Shown here piece after piece: positions 39,407 to 49,363 of a DNA stretch of 64,000 bases. The notes beneath the pieces are model-generated. The model did no database searches. It was given only the letters and a program-made list of their open reading frames with translations, and had not been told where the DNA came from. The stretch's first letter is position 1. The number at the start of each line of letters is the position of its first letter. The translations under genes were made by a program, and so were the position numbers. The stretch comes from Candidatus Omnitrophota bacterium (GTDB lineage Bacteria; Omnitrophota; Gorgyraeia; Zapsychrales; Fredricksoniimonadaceae). The stretch covers positions 1,875-65,874 of the forward strand of contig CAJARJ010000009.1 of NCBI GenBank assembly GCA_903944345.1, in the 5' to 3' direction.

Positions 39407-39962
39407 CTTTGATCCTTTCATAAACCAGCAAACGGGATGAACCGTAAAGTTTGTTTTTTACAAGTTCGAGCCGATTATCGACTTCCGGCATACGTTCTTC
39501 ATCACCGAACTGGGCTAAAACCAAAGAATGAGCGGTCAATATATCATGTGCCACCAGGGTATTCAAGGTTTTTCTGGCCAGCTTCAAGCCATATGGAGGA
39601 TCAAAAAAAACAACATCAAAGGTTTCATGACGCCGGGCAAACTCCTTGACCGCAAAAAACGCATCCTGCTTGAGAACAGTCCCTTTTAATCCGCGATCCA
39701 CCGGCCGGATCCGGCTCAGATTTTCCTCTATAACGGCGACATTCTTCGGGTCATGCTCCACAAAAACAACTTCCGCCGCACCACAGGAAAGTGCCTCGAT
39801 CCCCACCGCCCCGCTGCCAGCATAAAGCTCCAGAAAACGCAAACCCGACAAATCATGCCCAATAATGTCAAAAATCGCCTTGCGAATAACATTCTGGGTC
39901 GGCCTGATCCCTTCCGGCATATAAATATTCCGCCCGGAGTATTCACCTGTAATTATCTTCAT
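39372..39962 (-). CDS. rsmD: 16S rRNA m2G966 methyltransferase
   Basis: MKIITGE, IRPT, LYAGSGAVGIEALSCG and FFDPPY motifs. Confidence 0.93.
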   Translation of the reverse strand: MKIITGEYSGRNIYMPEGIRPTQNVIRKAIFDIIGHDLSGLRFLELYAGSGAVGIEALSCGAAEVVFVEHDPKNVAVIEENLSRIRPVDRGLKGTVLKQDAFFAVKEFARRHETFDVVFFDPPYGLKLARKTLNTLVAHDILTAHSLVLAQFGDEERMPEVDNRLELVKNKLYGSSRLLVYERIKDDNSGDLSREL

Positions 39963-40014
39963 GCTGACTCCTGCAATGTTAGAAAGGTAATTTTAACACG
40001 ATTTAGGCCAGGTA

Positions 40015-42090
40015 TCAACCCGCTAGAATACGTTCCAAATATTCGGGATAACGCCTTCGGATAGTCTGCAGGATCAAAGAATGTTTTTTAAGTCCCGCAT
40101 CCGTCTTTAAAAGATCCCCGGCCTCGGTCCTGGCAGTCTCAAGCAAGTCCAACTGAGTTAGCGGACTAACTACCTTCAAATCGTTAAGGCCATGCTGCTG
40201 ACGGCCAAAATACTGTCCCGGACCACGAATGGCCAAATCTTCACGGGCAATCTCAAACCCGTCGTGAGTATTGACAAAAGCATCGAGTCGGCGTACCGCA
40301 TCGACGCTCGAAGCCGAAGATAAAAGAATACACACCGCATTTTTCTCACCGCGACCAATACGTCCGCGCAGCTGATGCAACTGGGACAGCCCGAAACGAT
40401 GAGCATTCTCAATCACCATAACATTGGCATTGGGCACATCTATCCCGACCTCAAGTACCGTTGTTGTCACCAGTACATCCAGCTCCTGGCTCTTGAAACG
40501 ATTCATGACCTCTTTCGCCTCATCCCGCTTGAGGCGACCATGAATAAGCCCGACTCGCAATTGTGAGAAATCGCTGCTGACAAAACGCTGGTACATGTCT
40601 GTCGCCGCTTTGAGGTCTTCGGTTTCACTTTCTTCAATAATAGGATAAACGATGTACGCCTGGGTTCCTTTTACCACCCACTCCGCCACTCGCTGGTAAA
40701 CAGAATCGGACTGATCATCGGCAAAACGGTACGTCTTTGTCTGACCTCGCCCCTGGGGCCTGTGTGTAATCACAGAAACATCCAGATCCCCGTAAAGCGT
40801 CAAACAAAGAGACCTAGGAATAGGGGTTGCCGTCATCACCAGCACATCCGGCGGCATCCCTTTTGCAGTCAATACCGCCCGCTGTTTAACACCAAACTTG
40901 TGCTGTTCGTCCACACAAACAAAGCTAAGGGATTTGAACTGCACGTCTTGCGCAATCAGAGCATGGGTGCCAACCACAACATCCACCTTACCCTCAACGA
41001 TAGCTTTCAATAACTCGCCGCGCTCTTTCTTGGGCCGTGAGCTGCTCAGAAAAACAACCCGGAGATCTCCAAAAAGGCCCCCCGAGAAGTACCGAGAGAA
41101 ATTTGTAAAATGCTGTTCAGCAAGAATCTCGGTCGGCGCCATAATCGCCGCCTGAAAACCGTTAGTAACTGCCGCCAGACAGCCAAAAAAAGATACGATT
41201 GTCTTCCCGCTGCCGACATCACCCTGAAGCAATCGCAACATAGGGCGCGGACGGATCATGTCGGCACTGATATCCCGGATGGCCGCCAGCTGTCCGTCTG
41301 TTAGTGAAAAGGGAAGCGACCGCCTGAAACGCTCCAGAAGCTGAGCCGGCAAAACATGAGGACACCCCTTTCTTCCCGACAAGACCGACCGGCGCAAAAT
41401 GACGGAAATCTGGAAAAGAAAAAATTCCTCAAATGAAACCCGGCGTTCAGCTGCCTCCCGGGCCTTGTCGTCCTCCGGAAAATGAATACTCCGGATACAA
41501 AATGATAACGGCTCAAGCGACTGACGACTCCGGATGTCATCAGGGATCACATCAAGCAGCTGACCTGCACACTCCTCCAGACAGGAATGAACAAGCCTGC
41601 GCAAATATCTCTGGGAAACCCCCCGGGTCAAAGGATAAACCGGAACAATGCGGCCTGTGCTAAGAACAGCATCCTGTTTGTCAATAACCTCATATTCCGG
41701 ACTGACCATCTGCAAATGACCTTTAAACACTTCAACCCGACCATAAAGAACCAACTGCATCCCGACATGCAAATATTTCTCGAGATAAGACTGATTAAAC
41801 CAGATACATTTAATCCTCCCGGAATCATCCTCAATGACAGCTTCAAATAGATGCCTGGAGCGATGAAAGCCTTTGCGCGCTCCCACCGCCCGGACAAAGC
41901 CGGAAACAGTCTGCGCCCCATCAGAAATCAACCGGCTAATCGGCGTAATCTTTCTTCGATCTTCATAGCGACGGGGAAAAAGATATAGCAAATCCTCGAC
42001 AGAGGTGACGCCAAGATTAGCAAGAAGCCTTGCACGGGCAGGGCCCACCCCTTTGAGATACTGGACAGGAATCGATGATAGATCTTTCAT
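40015..42090 (-). CDS. recG: ATP-dependent DNA helicase RecG
   Basis: RLLQGDVGSGKT, MAPTEILAEQH, DEQHKFGV, MTATPIPRSL and QLHQLRGRIGRG motifs. Confidence 0.97.
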   Translation of the reverse strand: MKDLSSIPVQYLKGVGPARARLLANLGVTSVEDLLYLFPRRYEDRRKITPISRLISDGAQTVSGFVRAVGARKGFHRSRHLFEAVIEDDSGRIKCIWFNQSYLEKYLHVGMQLVLYGRVEVFKGHLQMVSPEYEVIDKQDAVLSTGRIVPVYPLTRGVSQRYLRRLVHSCLEECAGQLLDVIPDDIRSRQSLEPLSFCIRSIHFPEDDKAREAAERRVSFEEFFLFQISVILRRSVLSGRKGCPHVLPAQLLERFRRSLPFSLTDGQLAAIRDISADMIRPRPMLRLLQGDVGSGKTIVSFFGCLAAVTNGFQAAIMAPTEILAEQHFTNFSRYFSGGLFGDLRVVFLSSSRPKKERGELLKAIVEGKVDVVVGTHALIAQDVQFKSLSFVCVDEQHKFGVKQRAVLTAKGMPPDVLVMTATPIPRSLCLTLYGDLDVSVITHRPQGRGQTKTYRFADDQSDSVYQRVAEWVVKGTQAYIVYPIIEESETEDLKAATDMYQRFVSSDFSQLRVGLIHGRLKRDEAKEVMNRFKSQELDVLVTTTVLEVGIDVPNANVMVIENAHRFGLSQLHQLRGRIGRGEKNAVCILLSSASSVDAVRRLDAFVNTHDGFEIAREDLAIRGPGQYFGRQQHGLNDLKVVSPLTQLDLLETARTEAGDLLKTDAGLKKHSLILQTIRRRYPEYLERILAG

Positions 42091-42117
42091 GCGAGTAACA
42101 TAATTCCCGACGGCAAA

Positions 42118-43635
42118 CTATGCCGGCACAGAATGATCCTGCTCATAAAGACACTGTAGAAGTTCAAGCTCGTCCCGGTCAAACCATACCTGTCCACAGG
42201 TGCGACACCTGTCAATTTCGACAGTATACCTTGGATTAACAAAACGCCGCACCATCCTGGGGGCCGCATCTGCACAAGATGGACAAGGGATACTTTGCTC
42301 ATCAAACCCCGTATACCCGCCCCATGGCCGCGCCGGTAAAGGTTGATGCAGAATGGTTCTGGCCCGATCCTGAATGACTGAAGAAAATACCCGCTCACGT
42401 CTTTCCAGAATACGCAGGACATCCGGTTCTTTTATCAGAAACCCCTGACATTGAACACAAACAAGAACAGAAATGCCTTCGTAAGACGATTCTGTCAGTG
42501 TGGCGTGACAGCGGGGACAAGCATTCCGCAGGTTCCTCCCGGATGAAACTGCAAAAACGCCAGTATCCACGTTACCAGTTACTGAAAATGGCGGGGCTTC
42601 AGTCAAAGGCTGCTGCATACTCTGCTCCAACTCTTTCTCGGTCATATGCACCATATCCAGAAGTATAGCGATCCTTTTTCTGACCGGAGGATGAGTAGAA
42701 AAAAGTTCAGAGAAAAGGCTGTCCTGATCATCCATTGCCTGTCTGACAGGATTCTGGATGAAAATAGCCTCCATCCCCTGCCCGGGCAAACCAGCCCCTT
42801 TCCAGCGATGACTAATAATAAACAATGCCTCGGCCAATGCCAGAGGATTGCGCGTCAGGCGAACAGCCAGAGCATCAGCCCTGTACTCCCTTTCCCGGGA
42901 AATAAACAATGAGCCAAGAAAACCAAGAAATCGCAACACATTAACCAGCAAAAAAACAATAGCCAGCAGAAGAAAATACCCGTCGGCATCCCGCTTTCCC
43001 CTGCCCAGCCTGGTCCCACGCAGCATTAATCCGACAGCATCACAAATATTATCGAAAACCCTGAAAATGACCGAAGTGACAGTAGTCGAAAGGCAATCAC
43101 CGGAAGCGATATGCCCGGCTTCGTGCGCAACAACCGCCTCAATCTGCTCCCGTGAGAGCCGGCTGAGCAGTCCTCTGGTAATCCCGATCACACTGCGGCC
43201 TTCGAAGTCCTGCAAGGCGAAAGCATTAAGTGCCGCTGTCGGAATAATAAACGGTTCAATCCTGAATTTCCCGCCAGTCGCAACCTGAGCCTCCTCGACC
43301 ATATTACGAAGCATCTTTTCCTGAGCATCATCCGTCGAGGCTGGAGCGGCTTGCATCAACCCCAGAGCTTGATTAATCAAATTCCGGATTGACAGCTGCC
43401 AGTGAAACGTCCCCGCTAATCCGGCGCCGATAAAAGTCCACGCCACTAGCGGCCAATCAAATAGAGCTGCGGACGGCAAGGGATCCGTATAACTAATATA
43501 GGAACGAAACAGGAAATATTTACAGACAAGGACAATGATCAGCAGAGAAATAAAATAAAAAAAAACAAGACCCAGAAAGGAAAAAAAGATTGTCCTGGAT
43601 TTGTCTTTCTCGATCTGAACAAAAGAATACGCCAT
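42118..43635 (-). CDS. M48/HtpX-family zinc metalloprotease fused to two C-terminal zf-TFIIB-like zinc ribbons
   Basis: NAFA, AHEAGH, SREREYRAD and FSTHPP; C-terminal CPRC...CVQC and CPSC...CRTCGQVWFDRDEL. Confidence 0.88.
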   Translation of the reverse strand: MAYSFVQIEKDKSRTIFFSFLGLVFFYFISLLIIVLVCKYFLFRSYISYTDPLPSAALFDWPLVAWTFIGAGLAGTFHWQLSIRNLINQALGLMQAAPASTDDAQEKMLRNMVEEAQVATGGKFRIEPFIIPTAALNAFALQDFEGRSVIGITRGLLSRLSREQIEAVVAHEAGHIASGDCLSTTVTSVIFRVFDNICDAVGLMLRGTRLGRGKRDADGYFLLLAIVFLLVNVLRFLGFLGSLFISREREYRADALAVRLTRNPLALAEALFIISHRWKGAGLPGQGMEAIFIQNPVRQAMDDQDSLFSELFSTHPPVRKRIAILLDMVHMTEKELEQSMQQPLTEAPPFSVTGNVDTGVFAVSSGRNLRNACPRCHATLTESSYEGISVLVCVQCQGFLIKEPDVLRILERRERVFSSVIQDRARTILHQPLPARPWGGYTGFDEQSIPCPSCADAAPRMVRRFVNPRYTVEIDRCRTCGQVWFDRDELELLQCLYEQDHSVPA

Positions 43636-43693
43636 TGAACCCCGGATTATTCTATAAATTCGAAACTATTACAGAACAATTGATCGAGAATCA

Positions 43694-44248
43694 TCAAAAC
43701 TTGACCTGAGGCACCACTCTTTCAGCAGGAGCATCCAGCTGAAAGAATTCTGCGGCTTTGAACGAAAACTGCCCCGCAATAATATTATTAGGAAAAATCT
43801 GAAGAGCGGCATTATAACGATTAACTTCATCATTATAAAACTGCCTGGCAAACCCGATCTTGTTCTCTGCGGTGGTCAGTTCCTCCATCACCCGGGACAT
43901 GGTCTGATCGGCTTTAAGCTGGGGATAATTTTCGGAAACAGCCAGCAGACTCCGCAAAGTCGAAGTAAGCATATTCTCCGCCGCGAGCTTGTCTTTTACT
44001 GTGCTGGCATCTACCGCCATCTGCCGTGCTTTAGTGACACTCTCCAGAGTCCCGCGCTCGTGAGCCATATAACCCTTGGCGGTTTCAACAAGATTGGGAA
44101 TCAAATCGTGCCTGCGCTTAAGCTGAACATCAATCTGCGCCCAGGCATTCTGCACCGACACTTTCATCTGCACGAGGGAGTTATAAATCCCGACAAAAGA
44201 CATGACAAGCAAAACAGCCAGACCAAGAAGAACCAAAATCGGCATCAT
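43694..44248 (-). CDS. lemA: LemA family protein
   Basis: NAWAQIDVQLKRRHDLIPNLV, ENYPQLKA and ENKIGFARQFYND; GGAGGAG RBS. Confidence 0.95.
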   Translation of the reverse strand: MMPILVLLGLAVLLVMSFVGIYNSLVQMKVSVQNAWAQIDVQLKRRHDLIPNLVETAKGYMAHERGTLESVTKARQMAVDASTVKDKLAAENMLTSTLRSLLAVSENYPQLKADQTMSRVMEELTTAENKIGFARQFYNDEVNRYNAALQIFPNNIIAGQFSFKAAEFFQLDAPAERVVPQVKF

Positions 44249-44286
44249 AACTCCTCCATTCCATTGTCGACCTGTTTGATCCGGAC

Positions 44287-44679
44287 TCAGTGCAACCGCC
44301 GCACCACACGCTTGACCTGCAACTGATACGCACGCTGGCATTCTTTCTGTAAATCAAAATCCAGCATAAAATCCTGCAAAGTATCCTCATCCCTGCGGCT
44401 TAAAAGGCCATGCTCGATCATGATAAAAACAATCCTGCCAATATCCAGCGGAGTCTGGATCCCCCAGGTCTGCAGGACATAGAACGCCAGCGAACCAAAC
44501 TTTCTGACGGCCAGAGACTTGACCCCCTCAACCAGCTCCTGACCGGAAACATGCGAAGTCCGGCGGAAACACTTTTGAGTAAAGGACAACCCTTCCAGAA
44601 CAAACTCGTAAGCATCCAACGCGTAACGACTGTCGGCATGTACGATTTTGACGAAGTATTCATTTATGTCTGTACTCAT
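44287..44679 (-). CDS. Minf_1886 / Plancto_Ver-type conserved PVC protein
   Basis: RYALDAYEFV, HVSGQEL, FGSLA..VL..WGI and DIGRIVF..I..GLL. Confidence 0.8.
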   Translation of the reverse strand: MSTDINEYFVKIVHADSRYALDAYEFVLEGLSFTQKCFRRTSHVSGQELVEGVKSLAVRKFGSLAFYVLQTWGIQTPLDIGRIVFIMIEHGLLSRRDEDTLQDFMLDFDLQKECQRAYQLQVKRVVRRLH

Positions 44680-44761
44680 AAAGCGGATTATAACATAACG
44701 GGAATCAAGAAAGAAAAATTTGCTGCTGAAAAGAAAATAATCCGTGAGATAATTCATTTCT

Positions 44762-45208
44762 ATGCCCTGGTTCCTGCGTCTGACATGGTTCGGATATTGC
44801 CTGCTTTTTGCCAGCTCCTCTTCAGGTACGCTGGCCTCTCTATTAAATGAGCAGGGTCAACTGTTCTGCTACTATCAAATGCTGCTGGCGCTCTCCCCCG
44901 GGGCAATCTTTGCCTACTGCTGTGCCATATGCGCCAGTATTATGAACATCATCAGTCTCTGGCCGCTCTTGTGCCATACTCTTGATATCCCCTCTTCTGG
45001 CAAGAACGCCCTGAAACTTCTGCTCTTGCTGAGAATCGTTCTGGAAATCCCGGCGCACAACTTTGAATGGCAGGAATTCAAAGCTCTCCAACACACAAAT
45101 CCGGGTGTTGCCACAGGCATTCTTTTCTTTAGTCTGCTCTTATTGTTGCCCTCTTACAGCGCCTTCCTGCAACAAGCCATGGGAAAACGCACAAGAAATG
45201 ACCAATGA
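44762..45208 (+). CDS. Hypothetical membrane protein
   Basis: 148-aa hydrophobic ORF filling an otherwise empty gap; about four TM segments; no recognised family. Confidence 0.55.
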   Translation: MPWFLRLTWFGYCLLFASSSSGTLASLLNEQGQLFCYYQMLLALSPGAIFAYCCAICASIMNIISLWPLLCHTLDIPSSGKNALKLLLLLRIVLEIPAHNFEWQEFKALQHTNPGVATGILFFSLLLLLPSYSAFLQQAMGKRTRNDQ

Positions 45209-45283
45209 ATGAGTAAAATTCCTTGCAGTCACAACGGATTAGGTTAGAATAATAACAAAATTCCGTCGAAAGGGGACGCCTGC

Positions 45284-46021
45284 ATGTTTATATATATCCG
45301 TTTGCTCCTGGCGCATCTTATAGGAGACTTCCCCCTGCAATTAAATCCTGTTTTCAATCTCAAACAAAAAAGCCTTCTGGGGGGCATCCCGCACGCTCTC
45401 ATTATTGTAATCTGCTCGCTGCTACTGATGTGGCCTTACCTCAATCATCCGGCAACCTGGCATTTTGCTTTCTTTATTGGTTCCGTTCACCTCTTGCAAG
45501 ATTGGATCAAACTGCGTTGTACCGTTCCCCGGCTCAGCTTCTGGACCTATATTGCTGACCAGCTTTCGCATGCCGGAGTGCTCGCATTAATCTTTTTTAC
45601 CGACCTGCCCGTGTTCGCTCTTCCGACAGACTCAGGGAACCCGCTTCTTCAACTTTACTGTAACGACCACGTTATTGTTTATTGTATTGCCCTTATCCTG
45701 GCAACTTATAACGGCTTTTACATGATCAGAAACTTCAAAGATTCATTCTTCCTTAAGCCGGAACAACACACAGCGTTTGAAAAATGGTATGGAATAGTGG
45801 AGCGGGCTCTGATTGTAACTTGCTTTTATCTGGCTGGATCAACACTCTACTTGCTTCCGGCCATGCTGCTGATCAGACCCCTGCTGATTCTATGGCCAAA
45901 GAATCCCTTAAAACTTGCAGCAACCTTTGCTTCTTTAACAGAAATTTCCCTGAGCTGGCTGATTGGATTGTTGTGCGGCTATATTCTATTCCTGTTTCAG
46001 GCCGGTTACCCGATAAATTGA
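45284..46021 (+). CDS. DUF3307-family membrane protein
   Basis: LLAHLIGDFPLQ, H..I, HLLQD.IK, DQLSH and GIVER motifs. Confidence 0.85.
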   Translation: MFIYIRLLLAHLIGDFPLQLNPVFNLKQKSLLGGIPHALIIVICSLLLMWPYLNHPATWHFAFFIGSVHLLQDWIKLRCTVPRLSFWTYIADQLSHAGVLALIFFTDLPVFALPTDSGNPLLQLYCNDHVIVYCIALILATYNGFYMIRNFKDSFFLKPEQHTAFEKWYGIVERALIVTCFYLAGSTLYLLPAMLLIRPLLILWPKNPLKLAATFASLTEISLSWLIGLLCGYILFLFQAGYPIN

Positions 46022-48247
46022 AATCGGCTTGACCTTGCCCTTGACGGCAATCGGCTCCAGTTTTTCCACCTGAATGTGGTCTGCCACCGAAAAATATGTG
46101 GTTTCACTGATAATAATCTCGTCTTTGCCCGCAGCAGAGCACAGCCGGGCTCCGAGATTCACATTATCACCAATAACTGTATAATCCATTCGCTCGACCG
46201 ACCCCATATTCCCAACAACCATATCACCCGTATTAATACCAATACCGATATGTAAAACCGGTTTGTTCTGCTGAATCCAGAGAGACTGCAGTTCCCGCAT
46301 CCGGGTCTGAATATCAATCGCCATCCTCACCGTCATCAGAGCATGATTACTCAAATGCCGATTCCCTGGCGCACCAAAGAAAGCCATAAGTTCATCACCC
46401 ACAAACTTGTCCAGTGTGCCGTTATATTTAAATACAATCTTGACCTGTTCCGAAAGAATTTCATTAAGCATGGCCACAACTTCTTCGGGCTGACGCGTTT
46501 CAGAAAAAGCTGTAAAACCACGGACATCCGAAAAGAAAACAGTTAACATCCGTCTTTCTCCCCCCAGCTTCAGGCGGGAAGGATCATTCATAAGTTCCGT
46601 AATAACATCGGAAGACAGATAGTGACTGAAAGCTTTCTTGATCCACAGCTTCTCTCTTTCTTCAGTCAGAAAACGAAAACAGGTAATAGCCGAGAACCCG
46701 AAAACAACAATCCCGAAAGGCCCTACCAGATCCACCCACCATCCGAAACGAACAAAAAGATACAAGGAAAGAAAGAAGTATAAAACAGCATACCCCATCG
46801 TCAGGACGAACCCAAGGGGAAGACTTAAAAGCGAGCTAAGGGCAACAACCAGGGCAGTAAGAATAAAAACAGCGAAAAGCAAAGGCCCGTCCACCCTGCG
46901 GATAAAGTCTTCGTTTAAAATAGTATTAATCAGGTTGGCATGCAGCCCCACCATCGGATACTTTTCCTGCAAAGGAATCGGACTCAGGTCATTTGTTCCG
47001 GTAGCGGTCAAGCCAATAACACAAATCTTGCCACTGACTACTGACCGGAGCTGCTGCAAAAGCTCTGCTTCCGTCTTGCGCAAATAGGCGATAGCCGAAG
47101 CGTCAGATAAAGAAGCCTCCAGTTCCCCGCGCAAATGCTCTCTAAGCTGTGCAAGACGAAGAATCGCATAGTAAGGAAGATGGGCAAACGACTCTCCCCA
47201 ACGGCCAGCCCAATTAATCAGCATCTTGCCCTGGGCATCGACCGGAATAACTATGTCCTTGTTCTTCCCTTGGATTGCGGCGTTCTTGAGCACAATAGCC
47301 CCACGCCTGGCCTCAACTTTCTCCACTGACAGATAATCCATAATAGCGGACACCGATAATTGCGCGTAAAGCCGGTCTTCGTGCTTTTGGAAAAGCGAAA
47401 CTCTGCGATTAACACCATCAATATCCGGTCCGGCATTTATGTACCCTCCGCCACGGATTGCGCGCACATATTCGAGAATAGGCACAGACTGATCCGCGGG
47501 CTCTTCAGCAAAAGGCCAGATGGCTTGGCCGGCATCCCTGGCAAACCTGGAGAAATAAAGACGTGCCGCTTTCTGCACCTTAAAATGATCCTGAATATAG
47601 AGCTCGTCTTCAGGAAATAAAAACCAACCGCGGGTTTCTTCAACTTTCTCGAACAAATGATCAATAGAAATCTCCGGTTCCAGACGTAGAACGTCATGCA
47701 CCGTCTCATCTAGCAGCATCTTTCTGCTTTGTGTCAACTTTTCCCTGGCGGAAACAATATCAATGCCCAGTTTTTCTGCGACCATCTCGGGAGTTGCGGA
47801 GATATCCTTGAGCAGAAGTTCTTTAAGCCCGGGAGGAGGTGGCAAAGAGGGCTCAACAAAATAGAATGGAAGATACGTTAACCCGCCTTTGGCCATAGCC
47901 TCGGCAAAGGCAATGTCCTGTTCGGGGAACTCCTTGTGCTCCTCGGAAAATATAATATCCATCAGGATCTGCCTTGCCTGGCATTCCTTGAGAATACTGG
48001 TCATCTGGGCATGATAGGTTCTTGGCCACGGCCAACGACCCAAGGCAGCCAGACTCTGGTCATCCATATCGATATGGACCACAGAACTGGTGCCGGCACG
48101 TGCTCCCTTGAAAACAAAACGAAGATCCAGTGCTTTAAGTTCGAGGATTTGATAGGGCTTGCTTTCTATGGAACAAAAAACAAGCAGAGCAAGAAAAAGC
48201 GTGACCCCGAAACAGACAAGAAACTTGAACAGGGTCTTATTATTCAC
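45986..48247 (-). CDS. CHASE2-domain adenylate cyclase (class III)
   Basis: LGRWPWPR, DIDGVNRR and GLHANLINTIL (CHASE2), three TM helices, then FSDVRGFT, DKFVGD and DYTVIGDNVNLGARL (K/D residues indicate ATP specificity). Confidence 0.93.
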   Translation of the reverse strand: MNNKTLFKFLVCFGVTLFLALLVFCSIESKPYQILELKALDLRFVFKGARAGTSSVVHIDMDDQSLAALGRWPWPRTYHAQMTSILKECQARQILMDIIFSEEHKEFPEQDIAFAEAMAKGGLTYLPFYFVEPSLPPPPGLKELLLKDISATPEMVAEKLGIDIVSAREKLTQSRKMLLDETVHDVLRLEPEISIDHLFEKVEETRGWFLFPEDELYIQDHFKVQKAARLYFSRFARDAGQAIWPFAEEPADQSVPILEYVRAIRGGGYINAGPDIDGVNRRVSLFQKHEDRLYAQLSVSAIMDYLSVEKVEARRGAIVLKNAAIQGKNKDIVIPVDAQGKMLINWAGRWGESFAHLPYYAILRLAQLREHLRGELEASLSDASAIAYLRKTEAELLQQLRSVVSGKICVIGLTATGTNDLSPIPLQEKYPMVGLHANLINTILNEDFIRRVDGPLLFAVFILTALVVALSSLLSLPLGFVLTMGYAVLYFFLSLYLFVRFGWWVDLVGPFGIVVFGFSAITCFRFLTEEREKLWIKKAFSHYLSSDVITELMNDPSRLKLGGERRMLTVFFSDVRGFTAFSETRQPEEVVAMLNEILSEQVKIVFKYNGTLDKFVGDELMAFFGAPGNRHLSNHALMTVRMAIDIQTRMRELQSLWIQQNKPVLHIGIGINTGDMVVGNMGSVERMDYTVIGDNVNLGARLCSAAGKDEIIISETTYFSVADHIQVEKLEPIAVKGKVKPISIYRVTGLKQE

Positions 48248-48272
48248 GGCACAGCCATTTCAGAATTACAAA

Positions 48273-49292
48273 CTAGAATTTATAATACGTCGACAAAGAA
48301 ATCAGTGAACCTGAATAGCGGTCGACCGGTTCGTTGGATGAATTCTGTCGATAAGTATAATTCAATCCAAAAGACAAAGACTTGCTCATTGTATAAAACA
48401 ACGCAGCTGTAGCTAACGAGGCTTTGTCGGACTGAGTTCGGGTGTCGTCATCCAGCAGTGTGCGGCTTCTATAATCACGAAACTGCCAACTATAGGAAAG
48501 AAAACCCGACCAAGTCTTGTTAAAAAGATGGGTCAGTGAACCCCCCAGTTTATAAGCATCGTAATCATAATAATTAAGATAAGTATCATTCGCGTTATTA
48601 TTGGTGTACTGGGCATTCACTCTGAGCAAATCTTTCTGAAAGTACCTTCCAATCTCATAACCCAAAACATTGCGCCAATCCGCTCTTTCTTTGTCTGTGT
48701 TGGCAGCGAAATCTGTACGCGTGTAGCGATCCAGATAGTTGCGCAACATGATGTTGTAAGAAACCGCATGAAACAACTTGCTGGATAATTGCTGGCGCAA
48801 CTTGAAATCCAGAGCGTTTTCAAGATAGTCATCGTGTGGATCGGAGTTCTTGGCATGCCAATAAGCGACACTGTCCAGGCTGTATCCAGCAGAAAGTGTA
48901 AATTCCTTGGAAAGCTTATGTTCACCGCCAAGCCTGATGCCATTGCGAGTCAGGTCCAGATCTCTTTCCCCGGCATATGCCAGATTCATCATTTCATAAT
49001 CAACCAGCACATCAGTTTTGACTGACAAGGGAGAACGGAATGAAGCCTTCATAAATGTTTGGCCGAAACCGTCAGCATCTCTAGTACTGTTAAGATGCGT
49101 ATTGTTATCGTACCCGCCGGTCAATGCCGTAAGAAAACTGAATTTACCTTTGTCCAGAATTGTTTTCTGCGGTTCGAGATAAATCTTTTTTGTTTTCAAC
49201 TGAAACTTTTCGGCGGCATCTACCGAAGCCAGACCAGAACAACAAAAAACAGCCAGAATCCCAACGGCAAACAATATCTTATTTGTCTTCAT
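48273..49292 (-). CDS. Outer-membrane beta-barrel protein
   Basis: Signal peptide, GYDNN, Tyr-rich alternating strands, C-terminal YYKF; ATG at 49292 with GGGAG RBS. Confidence 0.8.
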   Translation of the reverse strand: MKTNKILFAVGILAVFCCSGLASVDAAEKFQLKTKKIYLEPQKTILDKGKFSFLTALTGGYDNNTHLNSTRDADGFGQTFMKASFRSPLSVKTDVLVDYEMMNLAYAGERDLDLTRNGIRLGGEHKLSKEFTLSAGYSLDSVAYWHAKNSDPHDDYLENALDFKLRQQLSSKLFHAVSYNIMLRNYLDRYTRTDFAANTDKERADWRNVLGYEIGRYFQKDLLRVNAQYTNNNANDTYLNYYDYDAYKLGGSLTHLFNKTWSGFLSYSWQFRDYRSRTLLDDDTRTQSDKASLATAALFYTMSKSLSFGLNYTYRQNSSNEPVDRYSGSLISLSTYYKF

Positions 49293-49363
49293 CGCTTCTC
49301 CCTTATCGCATTCAGGATCATCCAGCATCCAGTTCAATCTTCTAAATGCAAAACTCATATCTG

